Assembly (NCBI GenBank): GCA_031376505.1
Contig: JANMDX010000328.1
Coordinates: forward strand, 1,044-65,043
Direction of reading: 5' to 3'
DNA length: 64,000 nt
Origin: Acidobacteriota bacterium
GTDB taxonomy: Bacteria > Acidobacteriota > Vicinamibacteria > Vicinamibacterales > UBA2999
A program made the position numbers and the translations under genes. This document shows, piece after piece, positions 46,825 through 57,067 of the stretch; within the stretch, counting starts at the first letter, position 1, and every line of letters starts with the position of its first letter. The notes under the pieces were generated by a model. The model did not search any database and had not been told where the DNA came from. It saw only the letters and a list, made by a program, of their open reading frames with translations.

Positions 46825-47271
46825 ATGATTCGTCCGTTGATGAACGGCTTCGCACTGACGTTCAAGCACTTGTTCAGGCGTCCCATTACGGTGGACTATC
46901 CAAACCAGAAGGTGCCGATGTTCCCCCGGTACCGCGGCAAGCAAGTGCTGATGCGCGACGAGCACGGCATGGAGAAGTGCGTGGCCTGCGGCCTGTGCTC
47001 GGTGGCCTGCCCGGCCGACGCCATCTATCTGGAAGCCGCCGAAAACGACGGCACCGTCATGGCGGGCCCCAGGTATGCCGCGGTCTACCAGATTCACAAG
47101 ACCCGGTGCATCTTCTGCGGCTACTGCGAAGAAGCCTGCCCCGTGTCGGCCATCTTCATGGGCAAGGACTACGAACTGGCGGTCTACAGCAAGGACGACT
47201 TCGTGTGGGACAAGACGGAGCTGCTGGTGCCGGCGCCGGCAGGCGTCACGGCTCCGCAGTCGGACCGCTGA
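46825..47271 (+). CDS. nuoI: NADH-quinone oxidoreductase subunit I (2x[4Fe-4S])
   Basis: ATG 46825 follows GGGGAG. Motifs: RPITVDYPNQK, RYRGKQVL, CVACGLCSVACP and CIFCGYCEEACP. Confidence 0.9.
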   Translation: MIRPLMNGFALTFKHLFRRPITVDYPNQKVPMFPRYRGKQVLMRDEHGMEKCVACGLCSVACPADAIYLEAAENDGTVMAGPRYAAVYQIHKTRCIFCGYCEEACPVSAIFMGKDYELAVYSKDDFVWDKTELLVPAPAGVTAPQSDR

Positions 47272-49145
47272 GCGCCGCCACGGCGACTCGCCCTTCCTTT
47301 CTCGACGCGCTGCAGTCGCGCGTGCTCGTGTGCGATGGCGCCATGGGCACGATGCTCTACGGTAGGGGCGTCTTCATCAATCGATGCTTCGAGTCGCTCA
47401 ACCTGTCGCAGCCCGCGCTCGTCTCTGACGTCCATCGCGAGTACCTGGCGGCCGGCGCCGATGTCATCGAGACCAATACGTTTGGTGCCTCCCGTCTCAA
47501 GCTGCGCTCGTTCGGGCTTGGCGACGAGGTGCATGCCATCAACCTGGCCGGTGCGCGGCTGGCACGTGAAGCTGCCGGTGACGCTGCGTACGTGGCCGGG
47601 GCCATCGGCCCGCTCGGCGTACGCCTCGAGCCGTGGGGCAAGACCGGCGTGGACGAAGCGCGCGAGTATTTCCGCGAGCAGGTACGCGCCCTGGTCGAAG
47701 GTGGCGTCGACCTGCTGATGCTCGAGACGTTCCGCGACTGGAACGAGGCGGCCGCGGCCGTGGATGCCGTGCGGTCGGTATGCGCCTTGCCAATCGTGGC
47801 GCTCGTGACCACCGAAGAGGACGGCAACAGTCTTGACGGCACCCCGCCCGAGCAGTTCGGGCCCGCGCTCGTGGCGCGTGGCGCCAACGTCGTCGGTGTG
47901 AACTGCAGTGTCGGGCCGGCGCCGATGCTCGAGACCGTCGAGCGCCTGGCGGCCGCGTGCGACGTGCCACTGTCGGCGCAGCCCAACGCCGGCAAGCCCC
48001 GCGATATCGAGGGCCGCAACATCTATCTGTGCTCGCCCGAATACATGGCGTCGTATGCGCGCCGGTTCATCGCCAGCGGCGTGCGCCTGGTCGGCGGCTG
48101 TTGCGGCACCACACCTGAGCACATCCGGCAGATTGCCCTGGCCGTGAAGCAGTTGGCCCCGGACACCGCGCGGGCGGCGGCCAAGGGAAGCCTCCAGGCC
48201 ATTACCGTGTCGACGCCCCTGGCCCAGGCGCCGGTGTCTCGAGCGGAAAAGTCTGCCCTGGGCGCGAAGCTGGCGGCGGGGATGTACGTGACCGGCGTGG
48301 AGCTGGTGCCGCCTCGAGGGCACGCCACGGCAGAAGCCGTGAGCGCGGCCCGCCGGGTGGCCGCACACAACGTCGACCTCGTGCTCGTGTCGGACGCCCC
48401 GCGCGGTGGCGCGCGGGTCGGCGCGCTGGCGCTGGCAGCGCTCATTCATCAGCAGACCGGCGTGGAACCCTTGCTCCAGTACTCGTGCCGAGACCGCAAC
48501 CTGCTCGGCATCCAGTCGGACCTGCTCGGCGCGCACGCGATGGGCGTGCGCAACCTGCTCGGCATCACCGGCGACGTGCGCAAGATCGGCGACTATCCAG
48601 ATGCCACGGCCGTGTTCGACGTCGACTCGATCGGTCTCACGCACGTGATGAGCCGGCTCAATCACGGCCTCGACGTGGCGGGGCAGCCGATTGGCGAACC
48701 GACGGCCCTGCTGGTGGGGGTGATGGTGAATCCTGCGGCGCGGGATCTCGACCGCGAGCTGCGCCGGTTCGAGTACAAGGTGGAAGCCGGCGCCGAGTTC
48801 GTCGTCACGCGCCCGATCTTCGATGTGGCGGCCTTCGAGCGCTTCCTCGCCAAAGTGGCGCACATGCACATTCCCGTGGTGGCCGGCGTGTGGCCGTTCG
48901 ACTCGGCCCTCAACGCTGAATTCATGGCCAACGAAGTACCGGATGTCGTCGTGCCGCAGACGATCGTTGAGCGCATGCGGGCAGCCGTGGGCGTCCAGGG
49001 GGCCCAGGCCGAGGGCGCAAAGATTGCCCGGGAGCTGCTGGCCGCACTGCGGCCCATGACCGCAGGGGTAGTCGTGTCGACCCCGGCTGGACTTGTCGAC
49101 CGGGCGCTCGAGGTGCTCGTGCCCGGCGGCGACGATCGGACCTGA
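47268..49145 (+). CDS. fused homocysteine S-methyltransferase domain and methylenetetrahydrofolate reductase
   Basis: SFLDALQSRVLVCDGAMGTML, GVNCSVGP and LVGGCCGTTPEHI (Zn/Hcy domain), then an MTHFR barrel (VELVPPRG...YSCRDRN...ITGD). Start unresolved: there is no ATG, GTG or TTG between the nuoI stop and the conserved N-terminus. Candidates are CTG 47268 or GTG 47205. Confidence 0.85.
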   Translation: MSAATATRPSFLDALQSRVLVCDGAMGTMLYGRGVFINRCFESLNLSQPALVSDVHREYLAAGADVIETNTFGASRLKLRSFGLGDEVHAINLAGARLAREAAGDAAYVAGAIGPLGVRLEPWGKTGVDEAREYFREQVRALVEGGVDLLMLETFRDWNEAAAAVDAVRSVCALPIVALVTTEEDGNSLDGTPPEQFGPALVARGANVVGVNCSVGPAPMLETVERLAAACDVPLSAQPNAGKPRDIEGRNIYLCSPEYMASYARRFIASGVRLVGGCCGTTPEHIRQIALAVKQLAPDTARAAAKGSLQAITVSTPLAQAPVSRAEKSALGAKLAAGMYVTGVELVPPRGHATAEAVSAARRVAAHNVDLVLVSDAPRGGARVGALALAALIHQQTGVEPLLQYSCRDRNLLGIQSDLLGAHAMGVRNLLGITGDVRKIGDYPDATAVFDVDSIGLTHVMSRLNHGLDVAGQPIGEPTALLVGVMVNPAARDLDRELRRFEYKVEAGAEFVVTRPIFDVAAFERFLAKVAHMHIPVVAGVWPFDSALNAEFMANEVPDVVVPQTIVERMRAAVGVQGAQAEGAKIARELLAALRPMTAGVVVSTPAGLVDRALEVLVPGGDDRT

Positions 49146-49205
49146 GCAAGGCCGTGAACATGGATCGATCTGTTATAGTGCCCACTTTGCCCTTGGGGGT
49201 CCTGA

Positions 49206-49901
49206 ATGGCTTTGTTTAGCGAGCGCCCAACCGAGAAGATCGTCGGTGGCGATGCTGCCACTCGGGCGCTTTCGTCGACGGCTGTCGAGAACGCATTTGT
49301 CGAACGCGTCTACGAGAAGCTGTCGGGGGTCTACGATCTCACCTTCGGTCCGACGCTGCACCCGGGACGTCTGCAGGCGCTCGAGCGCATGGCCATTGGC
49401 GAGGGCACGTCCGTCCTCGAGGTCGGGGTTGGCACCGGCATCAACCTGCGCCACTATCCCCGCTCGTGCAAGGTCACTGGCATTGACCTCTCGTCGAGCA
49501 TGCTCGAGAAGGCGCGGGAACGAATCGCGAAGAACGGCCTGCGGAACTGCCGCGTCACCGAGATGGACGCCGCGGCGCTGACGTTTCCCGACGACTCGTT
49601 CGACATCGTCTATGCGCCCTACCTGATCAGCGTCGTGCCCGATCCGGTAGCGGTCGCGCGGGAGATGCGCCGGGTGTGCAAGCTGGGCGGCCGCATTGTG
49701 ATTTTGAACCACTTCAAGAGCGAGAACCCCGTCCTGTCGCGCATCGAGACGGCGATTTCGCCGATGACCGTGCACATCGGCTTCGTGTCCGACCTCGATC
49801 TGCCCGGATTTCTCGCCCAGGCCGAACTGACCCCGATTTCGATCGACAAGGTGAATCTGTTGTCGATGTGGTCGCTCGTCACCTGCGTCAAAGAGGCGTA
49901 A
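49206..49901 (+). CDS. class I SAM-dependent methyltransferase (PmtA-like phospholipid N-methyltransferase pattern)
   Basis: VERVYEKLSGVYDLTFGPTLHPGR, VLEVGVGTGINL (motif I) and FDIVYAPYLISVVPD. Confidence 0.75.
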   Translation: MALFSERPTEKIVGGDAATRALSSTAVENAFVERVYEKLSGVYDLTFGPTLHPGRLQALERMAIGEGTSVLEVGVGTGINLRHYPRSCKVTGIDLSSSMLEKARERIAKNGLRNCRVTEMDAAALTFPDDSFDIVYAPYLISVVPDPVAVAREMRRVCKLGGRIVILNHFKSENPVLSRIETAISPMTVHIGFVSDLDLPGFLAQAELTPISIDKVNLLSMWSLVTCVKEA

Positions 49902-49906
49902 GTGGG

Positions 49907-51025
49907 TCAGCGCTGGTCGATTTCAGCCAGAATCCAGCCCGCGGCCACGGCCGCGCCGTCGACTGGTGCGCGTTCAGGCGCGGGCGGAGACATCAGCAGC
50001 TGGTTGAGCGCGTGCTGCCACCGCCCTCGGAGCAGCTCGGGCTGCGGCAGGTAGGCACAGCGCACGAACCGCGGCATGTCGCGGACCAGCACGTCGTACT
50101 CGATGAAGTGGCCGCGGTCGGTGTAGAGCAGAGCGGTGTCGTTGGCCAGGCACTCACTGATGATGCCGTAGCCAGGCTTGGTCACGACCACGTCCACCGC
50201 GGCCACGACGTCCTCGTAGCGCAGGCCCATGGCATACATCGCGGGTTCGTCGAGCGGATGCAGGGCGCCGCGCGCGGCCACGTGCGCCAGTGGCACACGG
50301 TCCGGTCCGAAAGGCACGCTCGCGCTCACGAGCAGCGTCCACCCAACGGTGCGGCTGAGCGCCTCGAGGTCGATGCCCGACACGCCGTAGCCGCCAAACG
50401 ACACGAGCGCCAGGCGGCCCTCGGGCAGACCGAGCCGCTTGCGCGCATCGGCCGGTGCGCACCTCGCGCGGCGCGCGATGAAGGGCAGGTCCGTCACCTC
50501 GGGGATCGTCGCGAATCCACCCGAGAGCGGCAGACGGTACGCGCGTCGGGCGAGGCGATAGACCTCGCCGAGCACATCCGCCGCGGACTCACCTCCGGGA
50601 TAGTCGCGGAAGATCCAGTCCCACGTGAAGTTGCCGATGGCCACCGCTGGCACACCGGCCAGCCGGGCCGCCTCGAGTGCGAGCGGCGGGATGTCGGCGA
50701 CGACGAAGCTCGCGTTCAGATGCCGCAAGGCCGCGGCCTCCCGTGCGGCGAGCGACGGCAGAGCGCGCGCGTAGGCATTGGCGCGCCGCACGGTCTCGGC
50801 GGCGTCGAGGCTCAGGCTGTCCAGCTGCACGACGCCAGGGTCGGTGTCGACCGGTTCGAACGCGAAGGGGCCGCGCACGGTGAGATCGAAGAGCCAGCGC
50901 GGCGCCGACGTGCGGATGTGCACCGGCAACCGCGGCCGGGCCGCCAGCAGCGCATTGACCACCTCGATCGAGCGCGAGGCGTGACCGAAGCCGTGGCCCG
51001 AGATGTAGTAGACGACGGGCCGCAC
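49907..51025 (-). CDS. GT-B fold glycosyltransferase (MurG/GT28-like, MJ1255-type)
   Basis: GTG 51025 shares one base with the lon stop (TAGTG). [22 protein letters not shown] is a typical N-terminus for this family. C-terminal VVTKPGYGIISEC. The 192 upstream track codons are Arg/Gly-rich and overlap lon. Confidence 0.75.
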   Translation of the reverse strand: MRPVVYYISGHGFGHASRSIEVVNALLAARPRLPVHIRTSAPRWLFDLTVRGPFAFEPVDTDPGVVQLDSLSLDAAETVRRANAYARALPSLAAREAAALRHLNASFVVADIPPLALEAARLAGVPAVAIGNFTWDWIFRDYPGGESAADVLGEVYRLARRAYRLPLSGGFATIPEVTDLPFIARRARCAPADARKRLGLPEGRLALVSFGGYGVSGIDLEALSRTVGWTLLVSASVPFGPDRVPLAHVAARGALHPLDEPAMYAMGLRYEDVVAAVDVVVTKPGYGIISECLANDTALLYTDRGHFIEYDVLVRDMPRFVRCAYLPQPELLRGRWQHALNQLLMSPPAPERAPVDGAAVAAGWILAEIDQR

Positions 51026-53427
51026 TAGACGTCGACGTCCTGTGGGCCATGGGCGGCCACGGCCGCGGCCACCGGCGCTTCTGCTGGCGTGAGCGCCACG
51101 GCCAGGACGTCTTCGAGCGTCTTGGCGAACACGAATCGCATGTCGCGTCGAAGTTCTTCTGGAATGTCCACGAGATCCGCTTCGTTCAGCGCCGGCAGAA
51201 TCACCGTGCGAAGGCCGAGGCGGCGTGCCGCGAGGGCCTTCTCGCGGATGCCGCCCACTGGCAAGACCAGACCGCTCAGGGTGATCTCGCCGGTCATCGC
51301 GACATCTTCCCGTACCATCCGGCCCGTGACCGCCGAGAGAATCGCCGTGGCCATCGTGACCCCGGCCGACGGACCGTCCTTGGGAATGGCGCCCGCCGGC
51401 ACGTGCACGTGCAGGTCTCGATGGTGCAGGAAGGCGGGGTCGATGCCGAGCGCCTGCGCCTGCGACCTGATGTGGCTCACGGCCGCGCGCGCCGACTCCT
51501 GCATGACCGATCCGAGCTGCCCCGTGAGGATGATCTGGCCGGTGCCTCCAGGGAGCATCGACGCCTCGATGAACAGCACGTCGCCGCCGGCCTCGGTCCA
51601 CGCCAGGCCCGTCGCGACGCCAGGTATGGACGTGCGGAAGGCGACCTCGCGCTTGAACCGTGCCGGACCGAGGTAGTCGTCGATGCCGTCGGCGCCCACG
51701 GCGGTGGGCGCCGCGGCAGCGCCCTCGCCGGTCGAGACCACCCTGGCCGCCACCTTCCTGGCAATGGTGCCGACGAGCCGCTCGAGGCTGCGCACGCCGG
51801 CCTCGCGAGTGTATTCACTGATCACCGTGCGCAGCCCGGCATCGTCAATGGCCACGGCATCAGCCGCCAGACCGTGTTCCGAGAGCTGACGCGGGATCAG
51901 GTACTTTCGCGCGATGTGCATCTTGTCTTCTTCGGTGTAGCCCGAGAGCGGGATGATCTCCATGCGGTCGAGCAGGGCTGCGTGCACCGGGCCGAGCTGA
52001 TTGGCGGTGGCGATGAAGAGCACCTTCGACAGATCCAGCGGCACTTCAAGGTAGTGGTCGCGGAACGAGTGGTTCTGCGCCGGATCGAGCACCTCGAGCA
52101 GCGCCGCGGCCGGGTCGCCCTGAAAGCCTACGGCCAGCTTGTCGAGCTCGTCGAGCATGAACACCGGATTCATCGAGCCGGCCTGCTTCAGCGCCTGCAC
52201 GATGCGTCCAGGCATGGCGCCAATGTACGTGCGCCGGTGACCGCGGATCTCCGCTTCGTCGCGCACCCCCCCAAGCGAGATGCGCACGAACGTGCGCTGC
52301 ATCGCCTTCGCGATCGACTGGCCGAGCGAGGTCTTGCCCACGCCAGGCGGACCGACGAAGCACAGAATCGGTCCCTTGAGATCGCCCTTCAGCTTGCGCA
52401 CGGCCAGGTACTCGACAATGCGTTCCTTCACCTTGTCGAGGTCGTAGTGGTCGTCGTCGAGGACGGCGCGAGCGGCCACTGGGTCGATGCGATCCTCGGT
52501 AGTCCTGGACCACGGCACCTCCAGGACCCAGTCGAGGTAGGTGCGGATCATCTGCGCCTCGCCGCTGCCGCCGCCGCTCATGCGCCCGAGCCGTTCGATT
52601 TCGCGATTCACGGTGGTGCGCACACCGTCAGGCAGAACAGCCGCGGCCACCTTCTCGCGCAGTTCGGTCACTTCGCTGGCTTCGCCCTCGCCGAGCTGCT
52701 CCTGGATGGCCTTGAGCTGCTGGCGGAGGTAGTACTGGCGCTGAGACTCCGACATTTCCGCTTGCGCCTGCGATTCAATCTTGCTCTTGAGCTCGAGGAC
52801 CGACACCTCGCGCGAAAGCAGCGCGTGGACGAGTTCGAGTTTCTTCAGCAGCGGGTCCGACGACAGAATCGCCTGCTTCTCCGCCGCCGACGCGTCGAGC
52901 ATCGAGCCGAGCAGATACGACAGGCGCACGGGGTCTTCGATGCCGAGCACCAGCTGGCGCACGTCGGCTGACGCGCCCGCCGCGAGCGTGACGGCCCGCT
53001 CGGCCAGCTCGCGAATACGCCGCTCGTAGGCTTCGGTCTCGACGCCGGTCTCGAGTCGCTCGGGCATCGGCTCGACCGCGGCGAGGATCGTGGTGCCCGA
53101 CTTGCTCACCGTCACGACCCGCACGCGCGCAACGCCTTCAAAGATGATGTTCAGGCCGTGATCGGCACGGGCCATCTGTCTCACGATGCAGATCGTGCCC
53201 ACCGACTCGAGCTGTTCGGGATCCGGTTCCTCCGAGTCGGACTTCTGCAGCACGAGCAGCAGCATCCGGTCGGTGGTGAGCGCGGTATTCACCGACTCGA
53301 CCGACGCGGGCCGGTTCACGGCCAAGGGCTGCAGCGTCAGTGGAAAGGCCACGGTGCGTCGCAGCGGCAGCACGGGCAGAGACGAGGGCAGGGGCGGAGG
53401 AGGTTGGGGAATGTGTGGATCAGCCAT
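51025..53427 (-). CDS. lon: ATP-dependent Lon protease
   Basis: Trimmed to ATG 53427. Motifs: [13 protein letters not shown] (LON N-domain), [11 protein letters not shown] (Walker A), FMLDELDK and [13 protein letters not shown] (catalytic Ser). Confidence 0.95.
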   Translation of the reverse strand: MADPHIPQPPPPLPSSLPVLPLRRTVAFPLTLQPLAVNRPASVESVNTALTTDRMLLLVLQKSDSEEPDPEQLESVGTICIVRQMARADHGLNIIFEGVARVRVVTVSKSGTTILAAVEPMPERLETGVETEAYERRIRELAERAVTLAAGASADVRQLVLGIEDPVRLSYLLGSMLDASAAEKQAILSSDPLLKKLELVHALLSREVSVLELKSKIESQAQAEMSESQRQYYLRQQLKAIQEQLGEGEASEVTELREKVAAAVLPDGVRTTVNREIERLGRMSGGGSGEAQMIRTYLDWVLEVPWSRTTEDRIDPVAARAVLDDDHYDLDKVKERIVEYLAVRKLKGDLKGPILCFVGPPGVGKTSLGQSIAKAMQRTFVRISLGGVRDEAEIRGHRRTYIGAMPGRIVQALKQAGSMNPVFMLDELDKLAVGFQGDPAAALLEVLDPAQNHSFRDHYLEVPLDLSKVLFIATANQLGPVHAALLDRMEIIPLSGYTEEDKMHIARKYLIPRQLSEHGLAADAVAIDDAGLRTVISEYTREAGVRSLERLVGTIARKVAARVVSTGEGAAAAPTAVGADGIDDYLGPARFKREVAFRTSIPGVATGLAWTEAGGDVLFIEASMLPGGTGQIILTGQLGSVMQESARAAVSHIRSQAQALGIDPAFLHHRDLHVHVPAGAIPKDGPSAGVTMATAILSAVTGRMVREDVAMTGEITLSGLVLPVGGIREKALAARRLGLRTVILPALNEADLVDIPEELRRDMRFVFAKTLEDVLAVALTPAEAPVAAAVAAHGPQDVDV

Positions 53428-53499
53428 GGATGGGTCGGCCGAGCGGCGGCGCCTGAGTCGATCATACGCGGGCGAGACGTTCAGCGATAACATCTAGCC

Positions 53500-53937
53500 A
53501 TGGCTTTGGATGAGCGCGCGTTCTTCAACGAGAAACCTGAGCAGCGCACGGGCCGCTACACGTGCCCCCGGTGCAAGCGGACGGGCGACTACCAGTTGCG
53601 CTGGGTGCGGCGCACGCGCAAGGACCGTCCGCCTGGCAACGCCGACGACACCGACCGGGCCAAGTTCGCCAAGCTGCGCAATCATTTGATCCGCGTGGAC
53701 GACGAACTCACCTGCAAGACGTGCGGGAAACGCTTCGAGATCCCGTCGATGCACTCGCTGGTGTTTGTGGACGACCTGGTGGGCCTGCCCAAGATGGATG
53801 ACGAGGACGACGAGGAGTCGGGATCTGCGGCTAGTACACCCCTGGCACCATCCGCCACCGCACCTGCCGCTGATACGCCAGGTACGCCGGCCCCGCGGCA
53901 GCGGAAAGGCTACGCTCCTCCCAAGGTATGGCGATGA
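53500..53937 (+). CDS. zinc-ribbon protein with an acidic, low-complexity C-terminus
   Basis: CPRCKR ... CKTCGK (two CxxC pairs). Divergent from lon with a 72-nt spacer. The last ~35 codons overlap the convergent gene, so the true C-terminus is uncertain. Confidence 0.5.
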   Translation: MALDERAFFNEKPEQRTGRYTCPRCKRTGDYQLRWVRRTRKDRPPGNADDTDRAKFAKLRNHLIRVDDELTCKTCGKRFEIPSMHSLVFVDDLVGLPKMDDEDDEESGSAASTPLAPSATAPAADTPGTPAPRQRKGYAPPKVWR

Positions 53938-54550
53938 CCAGGTAGGCCGTGCTCACGATCGCCCACGCCAGGCGGTCGAGAGTCATCGCGGGGGCGCCGA
54001 ACACGATGAGCGCCCAGCCCAGATAGATGGGATGGCGCACGACCGTGAAGGGCCACACCACGCGTATCGCGCTCGCCGGCGGCGGCGTCGCGCGGAGGGT
54101 CTGCCGGATCCCCGCCAAGTCGAGCGCGTCGAGCACACGGGCACCGCCCACGGTGAATAGAACGCCCACCGCCTGGGCGCCCCAGCCCACCCACGCCGCC
54201 GCCGCCGGCATGCGGTAGGCGAGGCCCGGCACGCGCCGCCACAAGAGGCACACGGCGATGAGCAGGGTCGAAGCCACCCACACATAGACGGTGCGCTCGA
54301 GCGCGGCTGGCAACACCCGCGCAAGCCACGCCTTGGCGCCCGTGCGGGCCAGCAGGCTATGGTGGACCGCAAACACCGTGAAGAGCGCGACGTTCCACGC
54401 GATCGCCGCGCCGATCGGTATGCCGGTGTCCCCGGGCGTCGCGAGGGCCAGGAAGAAGCGCACGTACACGCCCAACGCGGTCACAAACAGCGCGCCGCCG
54501 AGCCAGGCGCAGACCTGGATCGCGACAGCCTGAGCGCGAGTGGGGGTCAT
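53831..54550 (-). CDS. ICMT/PEMT-family membrane methyltransferase
   Basis: Trimmed to ATG 54550. Multi-TM; C-terminal VVRHPIYLGWALIVFG...IPWEERSL signature. Confidence 0.8.
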   Translation of the reverse strand: MTPTRAQAVAIQVCAWLGGALFVTALGVYVRFFLALATPGDTGIPIGAAIAWNVALFTVFAVHHSLLARTGAKAWLARVLPAALERTVYVWVASTLLIAVCLLWRRVPGLAYRMPAAAAWVGWGAQAVGVLFTVGGARVLDALDLAGIRQTLRATPPPASAIRVVWPFTVVRHPIYLGWALIVFGAPAMTLDRLAWAIVSTAYLVIAIPWEERSLSAAAGPAYLAYQRQVRWRMVPGVY

Positions 54551-54625
54551 CGTGATCGAGGTCCTCGGGGCGTCAGCGGCACGCCGCACGTATTATAGGG
54601 ACTCCGCCCGGACATCCGTGGCGAG

Positions 54626-55903
54626 ATGGTCCCAGTGAGTACACCTCGAATCGTCATCTCCGGTCTCGGCGCGGTGTCGGCCTACGGCGTGGGCGCCCAG
54701 CGCTACTGGGATCATGTCTCGCGCGGGGTGAGTGGCACCCGCGCCATCACCGAGTTCGATGTCTCGACCTATCCATGTCAGGTGGCCGCGCCGGTGCCGC
54801 CGGTGGATATGTCGTCGGCGTGGCGGCTCGACGGCGAAGACGACCAGGGCTGGGAGTCGCGTGCCGACCCGAAGCGGTACTCGCGGGCGGCGCTCTTCGG
54901 TGTGCTGGCCGGCCGCGAGGCGTGGCACGACGCCGGCCTGCGCGCCGGTGAACCGGGCGCCGGCGTGATCATCGGCAGCGGCGGGGGCGGCATCGACGTG
55001 GGCGAGCGCCAGTACCGCGACTTCTTCACCAACGGCGGGCGTGGGGTGACGCCGTATGCGATTGCGATCGGCATCTGCGGCATGGTGTCGAGCGAGATCT
55101 CGATCTCGCTTGGACTGCGCGGCATCAGCCATGTGCTGTCCACCGGCTGCACGTCATCGACCGATGCCATTGGCTACGCGCTGGCGCTGCTGCGCGCCGG
55201 CGATGCCGATGTGCTGCTGTCAGGGGGCACTGATGGCTGTGTGCTGCCGGGGATGATCTTCGGCTTCAGTCGCATGCGGGCCGTCTCCACGCACTACAAC
55301 GATCGCCCCGAGCAGGCCTCGCGCCCGTTCGACAAGGGCCGCGATGGATTCGTGCTCGGCGAAGGGGCATGGATGGTCGTGCTCGAGCGCGAGGAGCGGG
55401 CCAGGGCGCGCGGCGCCCACATCTACGCCACCGTGGATGGCTACGCGTCCACGTGCGACGCCTACCACCGGGTGCAGATGGCGCCAGACGGCGACGAGAT
55501 CGTGCGCTGCATGCAGACGGCGGTGGGGAAGTCGGGCCGGGCGCTCGAGGAGATCGGCTATGTCAACTACCACGGCACCTCCACGCAGATGAACGATGCC
55601 GTGGAGGCACGCTGCACGCGCCGCGCCTTCGGGGCCCAGGCCGATCGCCTGGCCGGCTCTTCGACCAAGTCGATGATCGGACATCCGCAGGGCGCCAGCG
55701 GCGCTGCCGGGATCGTGGCCACCGCGCTGGCCCTCGACCGCGGATTCCTGCCGCCGACCATCAACCTCACTGACCCCGATCCCGCCTGCGACCTGGACTT
55801 CCTGCCCAACGTGGGGCGGGCCGCACGGGTCGAGGCCGCGCTCTGTAACTGCCTCGGATTCGGCTCGAAGAACAGCGCGGTCGTGCTGGGGAACGCCGGA
55901 TGA
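54626..55903 (+). CDS. beta-ketoacyl synthase, FabF/FabB-like (Cys-His-His type)
   Basis: STGCTSSTDA (active Cys), NYHGTSTQMND (His) and SSTKSMIGHPQGASG (His). No acpP, fabD or fabG neighbours. Confidence 0.9.
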   Translation: MVPVSTPRIVISGLGAVSAYGVGAQRYWDHVSRGVSGTRAITEFDVSTYPCQVAAPVPPVDMSSAWRLDGEDDQGWESRADPKRYSRAALFGVLAGREAWHDAGLRAGEPGAGVIIGSGGGGIDVGERQYRDFFTNGGRGVTPYAIAIGICGMVSSEISISLGLRGISHVLSTGCTSSTDAIGYALALLRAGDADVLLSGGTDGCVLPGMIFGFSRMRAVSTHYNDRPEQASRPFDKGRDGFVLGEGAWMVVLEREERARARGAHIYATVDGYASTCDAYHRVQMAPDGDEIVRCMQTAVGKSGRALEEIGYVNYHGTSTQMNDAVEARCTRRAFGAQADRLAGSSTKSMIGHPQGASGAAGIVATALALDRGFLPPTINLTDPDPACDLDFLPNVGRAARVEAALCNCLGFGSKNSAVVLGNAG

Positions 55904-57057
55904 GCGCACGGCCCGACGACGTCGTGATCGTGGGGGGCGGCCCCGCCGGAGCGCTGGCCGCGCTCGTGCTGGCGCGGCAGGGGGCGCGTGTGCGTCTGGT
56001 GGACCGCGCCACGTTCCCGCGTCCGAAGCTCTGCGGCGACTCCCTCAACCCTGGGGCGCTCGAGGTCCTCGGCCGCCATCTGGATCTTTTCGCGCTGCGC
56101 GCCCTCGGCCAGCCGGTGCACGGCATGCGGCTATCGGGTCCGGGCGGTGCGAGCGTCTGCGGACGCTATCCGGGCGGCGTGACTGGACTCTCCATCACCC
56201 GCGCCCGGCTCGACGCGTGGCTCGTGAACGAAGCGTGCCGGGCCGGCGTGGCGTTTGACGACGGCGTGACGGTGCGAGCGGTGGCCATGTGTGATGGCCG
56301 CGCCTCCGGTGTCACGGTGGGCTCCGCGAGCGGGAACCGGCATCTTTCCGGACGGCTCGTGATTGGCGCCGACGGCCGCGGCTCGGTGGTGGCCCGGCAG
56401 TTCGGCCTCGCGCACACCCCGGCCCAGCCGCGCCGATGGGCGATCGGCGCGTATGCCGAGCACGTCGAGGGCGTCGACCCTGGACTCGGCGAGATGCACG
56501 TGCGCGCCGGCAGCTATCTTGGCATCGCGCCGGTCGTGAACGGGCTGACCAACGTCTGCCTCGTCGTGCCCTATGCGCGGGCCCGTCGTGACGTCGCGGC
56601 GCCGTGGGCCTCGATTCTGGCGGCGGTGGCAGCCGATCCCGCGCTGGCTCCGCGGTTTGCGCGGGCTCGACTGGCGTCGACGCCCCTGGTGCTGGGCCCC
56701 ATGGCAGTGGACGCGCCGGTACCCGGCGCGGCTGGTGTGTTACTGGCTGGCGACGCCGCGGGCTTCATCGATCCGATGACTGGTGACGGCATGTGCCTGG
56801 CACTGCACGGCGGCGAACTGGTGGCGGCGGTGGCTGCCGAGGTGCTCGCGGGACGGCTTGGCCACGACGCGGCCGTCCCGGCCCTGGCGGCCCGCCGACG
56901 CGCGGCGTTTGCGACCAAGTGGCGGTTCAATCGCGGCCTGCGCGCCGTCGTTGGCCTCGATCCGGCGCTGCGCGCGGCCACCCTGGCGGCCCGCGCCTGG
57001 CCGGCGCCGTTTGAGGCCATCGTGCGCTATGCGGCCGACATCCACGCGGCCGCCTGA
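55900..57057 (+). CDS. geranylgeranyl-reductase-family FAD-dependent oxidoreductase
   Basis: ATGA overlap with the ketosynthase. Motifs: VVIVGGGPAGALAALVLARQGARVRLVDR, KLCGDSL and GDAAGFIDPMTGDGM. Confidence 0.85.
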   Translation: MSARPDDVVIVGGGPAGALAALVLARQGARVRLVDRATFPRPKLCGDSLNPGALEVLGRHLDLFALRALGQPVHGMRLSGPGGASVCGRYPGGVTGLSITRARLDAWLVNEACRAGVAFDDGVTVRAVAMCDGRASGVTVGSASGNRHLSGRLVIGADGRGSVVARQFGLAHTPAQPRRWAIGAYAEHVEGVDPGLGEMHVRAGSYLGIAPVVNGLTNVCLVVPYARARRDVAAPWASILAAVAADPALAPRFARARLASTPLVLGPMAVDAPVPGAAGVLLAGDAAGFIDPMTGDGMCLALHGGELVAAVAAEVLAGRLGHDAAVPALAARRRAAFATKWRFNRGLRAVVGLDPALRAATLAARAWPAPFEAIVRYAADIHAAA

Positions 57058-57067
57058 GGCCTGACGC

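Noticed and set aside
54626-55903. Ketosynthase considered as the housekeeping fabF.
   Set aside because: It has no acpP, fabD, fabG or fabH neighbours and is translationally coupled to a flavoprotein and membrane methyltransferases. This cannot be excluded without the whole genome, so the gene symbol was left blank.
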